Shown: in pieces, positions 37,769 to 40,692 of the stretch
Layout of the letters: each line of letters starts with the position of its first letter
How positions within the stretch are numbered: the stretch's first letter is position 1
From: a virus
Direction: 5' to 3' (one strand)
Length of the DNA: 40,692 nucleotides
UHGV virus genome: UHGV-0390076
Program-made: the position numbers and the translations under genes
The notes under the pieces: generated by a model
Databases searched by the model: none
What the model saw: the letters and a program-made list of their open reading frames with translations, nothing else
Told to the model about the DNA's origin: nothing

Positions 37769-37927
37769 GTGATTTGATTGATTGTATCTTTCCGGTATAT
37801 TCTGGTAAGAGATAATCTGAGTGAGGCCGTTCGGTGCTGGTAACACCGGGCGGCTCTTGCATTTTATGGCTGAATATGCTATTGAAACCGACCGTCACTA
37901 TTGGGAGTAGTGGCGGCTATTTTTTTG
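37769..37927 (+). ncRNA. candidate ~160-nt small RNA, cis-antisense to the int leader
   Basis: Promoter above; internal 11-bp hairpin at 37826-37854; terminator stem ccgtcacta/tagtggcgg followed by TTTTTT (37892-37926); no credible ORF. Confidence 0.4.
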
Positions 37928-37932
37928 ATTCA

Positions 37933-38346
37933 TCAACGCATCTGAACCTTTTCCATTAAAGCCTCCTGAAGCACCTGGGAGAAATTTAAGCCCATCTCCA
38001 TAGCAGCCTCATTCAACCACTCAGGAATACTGAGAGTTTTTTTGACAGCGCGGGCATTTGTACGTTTCTTATATGCCAGCATATCAAATTCGATAACTAC
38101 AAGAAATGAGTCTGCTTCCAGAGAAATGGCAGAGGGATCAGAAGCAGGAGGGATGGGCTGTTTCTCCTCTTCACGGCTGGTAATGGCAAGCCCCAGTGCT
38201 TCGATTGCCATTTCATAGGCCTCTGTCATATCCTCGCCTTGTGTAAGGCATTCAGGGATATCTGGAAATGAGATCCAGAAGCCGCCTTCTTCAGCTTTGT
38301 GGAATACTGCTGGATAAAATAACTTATTCATATTTGGCACCTCCAT
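37933..38346 (-). CDS. hicB: HicB-family antitoxin
   Basis: N-terminus YPAVFHKAEEGGFWISFPDIPECLTQGEDMTEAYEMAIEAL typical of HicB; C-terminal RHH-like region. Confidence 0.85.
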   Translation of the reverse strand: MEVPNMNKLFYPAVFHKAEEGGFWISFPDIPECLTQGEDMTEAYEMAIEALGLAITSREEEKQPIPPASDPSAISLEADSFLVVIEFDMLAYKKRTNARAVKKTLSIPEWLNEAAMEMGLNFSQVLQEALMEKVQMR

Positions 38347-38362
38347 TTTGGAAAGGTGGGGC

Positions 38363-38551
38363 TTATTTCAGCCCCGCCTGTTTTAATATAGCCTGCTCAA
38401 GTCCTTTTTTCAGGTCTTTGCAGTGATAAGGAACTTCGGTTTGGCGTCCAGTTATGTCGTTTCTGAGTTTTATATGCGAACCGTTCTGACTGACTTCCCG
38501 AAAACCATTTTTTTTGAGATGCTTTATCATCTCGCGTGGTGTCATTGGCAT
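38363..38551 (-). CDS. hicA: HicA-family mRNA-interferase toxin
   Basis: KKNGF...NGSHIKL...ILKQAGL signature; 62 aa. Confidence 0.9.
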   Translation of the reverse strand: MPMTPREMIKHLKKNGFREVSQNGSHIKLRNDITGRQTEVPYHCKDLKKGLEQAILKQAGLK

Positions 38552-38587
38552 CCTATGTAACTCCTTTCCTTATCATGTCTATATTGT

Positions 38588-38636
38588 AACACGTAATAAT
38601 ACGTATGTCAATATAAAATATGTATTATTACGTGTT
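38588..38636. promoter_or_regulatory. 15-bp perfect inverted repeat (aacacgtaataatac / gtattattacgtgtt); putative hicAB operator
   Basis: Palindrome read directly; lies ~40 nt upstream of the hicA start. Confidence 0.5.
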
Positions 38637-38902
38637 CTTGTTACCTGCACAAATATGGAAAATAATACCAGATAATTTCCAATAATTACATATTATAATC
38701 ATACTGCACCCAATCTTCCGAAAGAAAGGTCGTGGTGAAGTGACAAAGAAGTACATACATTACAAAGGGAAAAATATATATGCAGTATATTACCGCAGTC
38801 ATAATATTATCTACTATAATTTAGACTTCTCAGGAACGACACAATTTATATTGCTGTTCTAAAACTCAACACAGTTTCCTTATGGCTATTGGGTGCCATG
38901 GA

Positions 38903-39427
38903 TCAGATTGCCTTGTGATTTTCACGGGTACAAGCCTGATCCATGCTTTCAGGGGTACGGGGGCACTCTTCAAATTCTTCTCTGAGCATCGTTGCAGAAT
39001 TTCTTTCCATCTTTTCAGATTCATGCTGCTGTTTTTTCTGGTTGTTAAGAATATTATCAGCTAACTCATTTAAGGCCTGCTGAGAAGTTGGGCTAAGCTG
39101 CTGGTATCCTTTGATTACTTCCAGAATGATATCATAGAATTTATTTTTATCAGGTTCAAGTAGTGAAGAAACTAAAGTTTTTACTTGATTTTCTTCAGAA
39201 TCTTTTAAGAACATATCTCCGGTTCCTTTAAGTAACCAGCTTTCATTTACCGTTTTACCATTCCAGTTTTCTAAGCAAATCAATTTGATAGTTCGATCAG
39301 AAAGGTTTTTTCGTCCGTTTTCAATATCAGATATGTGCCCTTGTGTGGTTGATATTTTTTTTGCAAAGTCTCCCTGCTTTATGTTTAAAGCTTTACGAAG
39401 GAATTTGAGTCTTTCTCCTTCGGTCAT
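38903..39427 (-). CDS. XRE-family HTH transcriptional regulator (cI-like repressor)
   Basis: N-terminal HTH LKFLRKALNIKQGDFAKKISTTQGHISDIENGRK; divergent from the cro-like gene. Confidence 0.8.
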   Translation of the reverse strand: MTEGERLKFLRKALNIKQGDFAKKISTTQGHISDIENGRKNLSDRTIKLICLENWNGKTVNESWLLKGTGDMFLKDSEENQVKTLVSSLLEPDKNKFYDIILEVIKGYQQLSPTSQQALNELADNILNNQKKQQHESEKMERNSATMLREEFEECPRTPESMDQACTRENHKAI

Positions 39428-39454
39428 GGTGTATCACCTCCTACATTTAATGTC

Positions 39455-39483
39455 ATCATAGCACAAAAAATATCACTTTGCAA
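39455..39483 (-). promoter_or_regulatory. repressor promoter (TTGCAA, 17-nt spacer, TATGAT on the - strand)
   Basis: -35 at 39478-39483 and -10 at 39455-39460 (- strand); GGAGGTG RBS before the repressor ATG. Confidence 0.6.
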
Positions 39484-39502
39484 CAAAAAATAAAATAACA
39501 TA

Positions 39503-39530
39503 TTGACAAAAATAATCTAAGAGATATAAT
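39503..39530 (+). promoter_or_regulatory. cro-side promoter (TTGACA, 16-nt spacer, TATAAT), flanked by direct repeats ATCAC(ttt/aaa)GCAACAAAAA at 39470-39491 and 39533-39554
   Basis: Consensus hexamers read directly; repeats are candidate operators. Confidence 0.65.
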
Positions 39531-39571
39531 TAAATCACAAAGCAACAAAAATAGGAGGTGAAACAGAAACA

Positions 39572-39796
39572 ATGAAAGAACTGCAGGAATCAATATTTCC
39601 AAATTTAGATAAAATTCTGGATCAGAAACATATATCTCAAAAGGAGCTGAATATCCGATTGGGAATTTCTGAAAAATCCCTCTGGAATAAAAAACGTGGG
39701 AGGACAGAGTTTACCTTAGAAGAGGTAGAAAAGATTTGTGAAATGATTCCGGAGTACCGGTTAGAGTACATTTTTAAAAGAGTATCGAATCAATAA
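39572..39796 (+). CDS. Cro-like small HTH regulator
   Basis: HTH ISQKELNIRLGISEKSLWN; AGGAGGTG RBS; divergent from the repressor. Confidence 0.65.
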   Translation: MKELQESIFPNLDKILDQKHISQKELNIRLGISEKSLWNKKRGRTEFTLEEVEKICEMIPEYRLEYIFKRVSNQ

Positions 39797-40235
39797 GCTG
39801 TCAGGAGCGCTATTCCTGCCAGCTAATTGCCAAATTTGTTTACCCTATAATCCTTGCAGGCTTTCGCCGCAATGGATAGCGCCCAGTGCTTCTTTAGGAG
39901 TTGTGTCACTTTAGCAGTATGGTTCTGCAGATTGCCTGATAGCTGACACAATACGAAATGGCATGATCCCGGTGAAGCATTTTAAAGGTGAGTGCCGTCT
40001 CACAATTTTTTTACATAGTCTCATATCTATGGATTGTACGCCGGATCAGTAGCCAATCTTTAATACGCCAATGTTTAACGTGTATGGGTCCACGAGACAA
40101 ATCCGTATTAAGGGAGCAGGCAAAGACAAAAGTTTGGTCAAAGTAACCACTCCTTCCTTGCCATAAAATAGGCAGGAACAGTATAGCATAATCGGTAAAA
40201 TATTACAACATTTAAAACTGGAGGTGAAACAGACT

Positions 40236-40403
40236 ATGGAAATCATAATTAAAGGAACCATAGACGAGATAGCTGGCCTTGTAACAGAATTACAGGGCCA
40301 GCAAAAAGAAACTATAAAATTATCGCGGGACGTAGAAGAACTGCAAAAGTATATTTTAGCAGCCAGAGAAGAATGGTTAAAGAAGGTACTGAAAGATAAT
40401 TGA
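40236..40403 (+). CDS. small hypothetical protein (55 aa)
   Basis: GGAGGTGAAACAGA RBS identical to that of the cro-like gene; not in the track. Confidence 0.35.
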   Translation: MEIIIKGTIDEIAGLVTELQGQQKETIKLSRDVEELQKYILAAREEWLKKVLKDN

Positions 40404-40404
40404 G

Positions 40405-40629
40405 TTATGCTTTAGGACCATGCGCAGATTGGTAAAGTTTTTTGACTTTCTTTAAAGCAGATTCGGATATCTGGATTTCACCAACTATTTTTACATCATC
40501 AGAAACATTCAATTTTTTTAGAGTTTCTATATATTGTGATAGTGCAGTATCTAAAACTGCTAATTCCAAAAGGTTAAAAGTACCATCAGCATTTGCTAAG
40601 TGCATATACAGTTGTTTGTAAGAACTCAC
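40405..40629 (-). CDS. hypothetical protein (74 aa)
   Basis: ORF whose ATG abuts the structured repeat. Confidence 0.4.
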   Translation of the reverse strand: MSSYKQLYMHLANADGTFNLLELAVLDTALSQYIETLKKLNVSDDVKIVGEIQISESALKKVKKLYQSAHGPKA

Positions 40630-40692
40630 ATTATTACCCTCCCTTCATGCTGTACTCGGCCCTGGCGGGGGCCTGTAAATCCAGTATAGAAC
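40627..40692 (+). repeat. structured repeat, copy 2 (cut off by the window end)
   Basis: ~89% identical to 1268-1333; all six substitutions are transitions that preserve the helices. Confidence 0.6.

Noticed and set aside
37698-37898. 66-aa - strand ORF between int and hicB
   Set aside because: It overlaps the promoter-hairpin-terminator unit and has no RBS. A non-coding or regulatory role for this interval is more consistent.
39554-40233. Identical 14-nt string ggaggtgaaacaga before both the cro-like gene and ORF 40236
   Set aside because: This is most simply a shared strong SD plus spacer. It is too short to call a regulatory repeat without further evidence.
40627-40692. Repeats at the two window ends as a circular-contig overlap artefact
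   Set aside because: The copies differ at 7 positions and their flanks are unrelated, so they are genuine separate copies rather than an assembly overlap.
1-40692. tRNA, rRNA, CRISPR arrays, reverse transcriptase / diversity-generating retroelement near the fibre genes
   Set aside because: I found no cloverleaf-like T-arm motifs, no regularly spaced short direct repeats and no RT-motif ORF while reading both strands.

Overview
This window reads as a roughly 39 kb temperate-phage or phage-plasmid-like element of a low-GC Gram-positive (Clostridia-like) host. Host affiliation rests on GGAGG-type ribosome-binding sites and an endolysin with choline-binding-type wall repeats. Almost all genes are on the + strand. 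From left to right: an early/maintenance block at 1.6-10.3 kb (HNH endonuclease, ParA/ParB partition pair, a cytosine-methyltransferase-like core protein, a PAPS-reductase/PP-loop protein, a low-GC island with a tyrosine recombinase, and an HUH-motif Rep-like protein); a terminator; then the late operon at 10.5-35.5 kb (small and large terminase, portal, a Prp-type cysteine protease, scaffold and major capsid proteins that both carry an L27-like LNLRLFEG N-terminal leader, further structural genes, an XkdX-like/holin/amidase lysis cassette in the middle, two paralogous tail fibres with C-terminal S74 intramolecular-chaperone domains, and a 2427-aa ORF with an HEXXH motif). The right end carries, on the - strand, a large serine recombinase, a HicB/HicA toxin-antitoxin pair and a cI-like XRE repressor, divergent from a cro-like gene with clear back-to-back sigma-70 promoters. 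A roughly 60-nt structured repeat with compensatory substitutions sits at both ends of the window (1268-1341 and 40627-40692) and may mark the element boundaries. No tRNA, rRNA or CRISPR was found. Many products are hypothetical, and every functional call below is inferred from motifs read by eye, not from searches.
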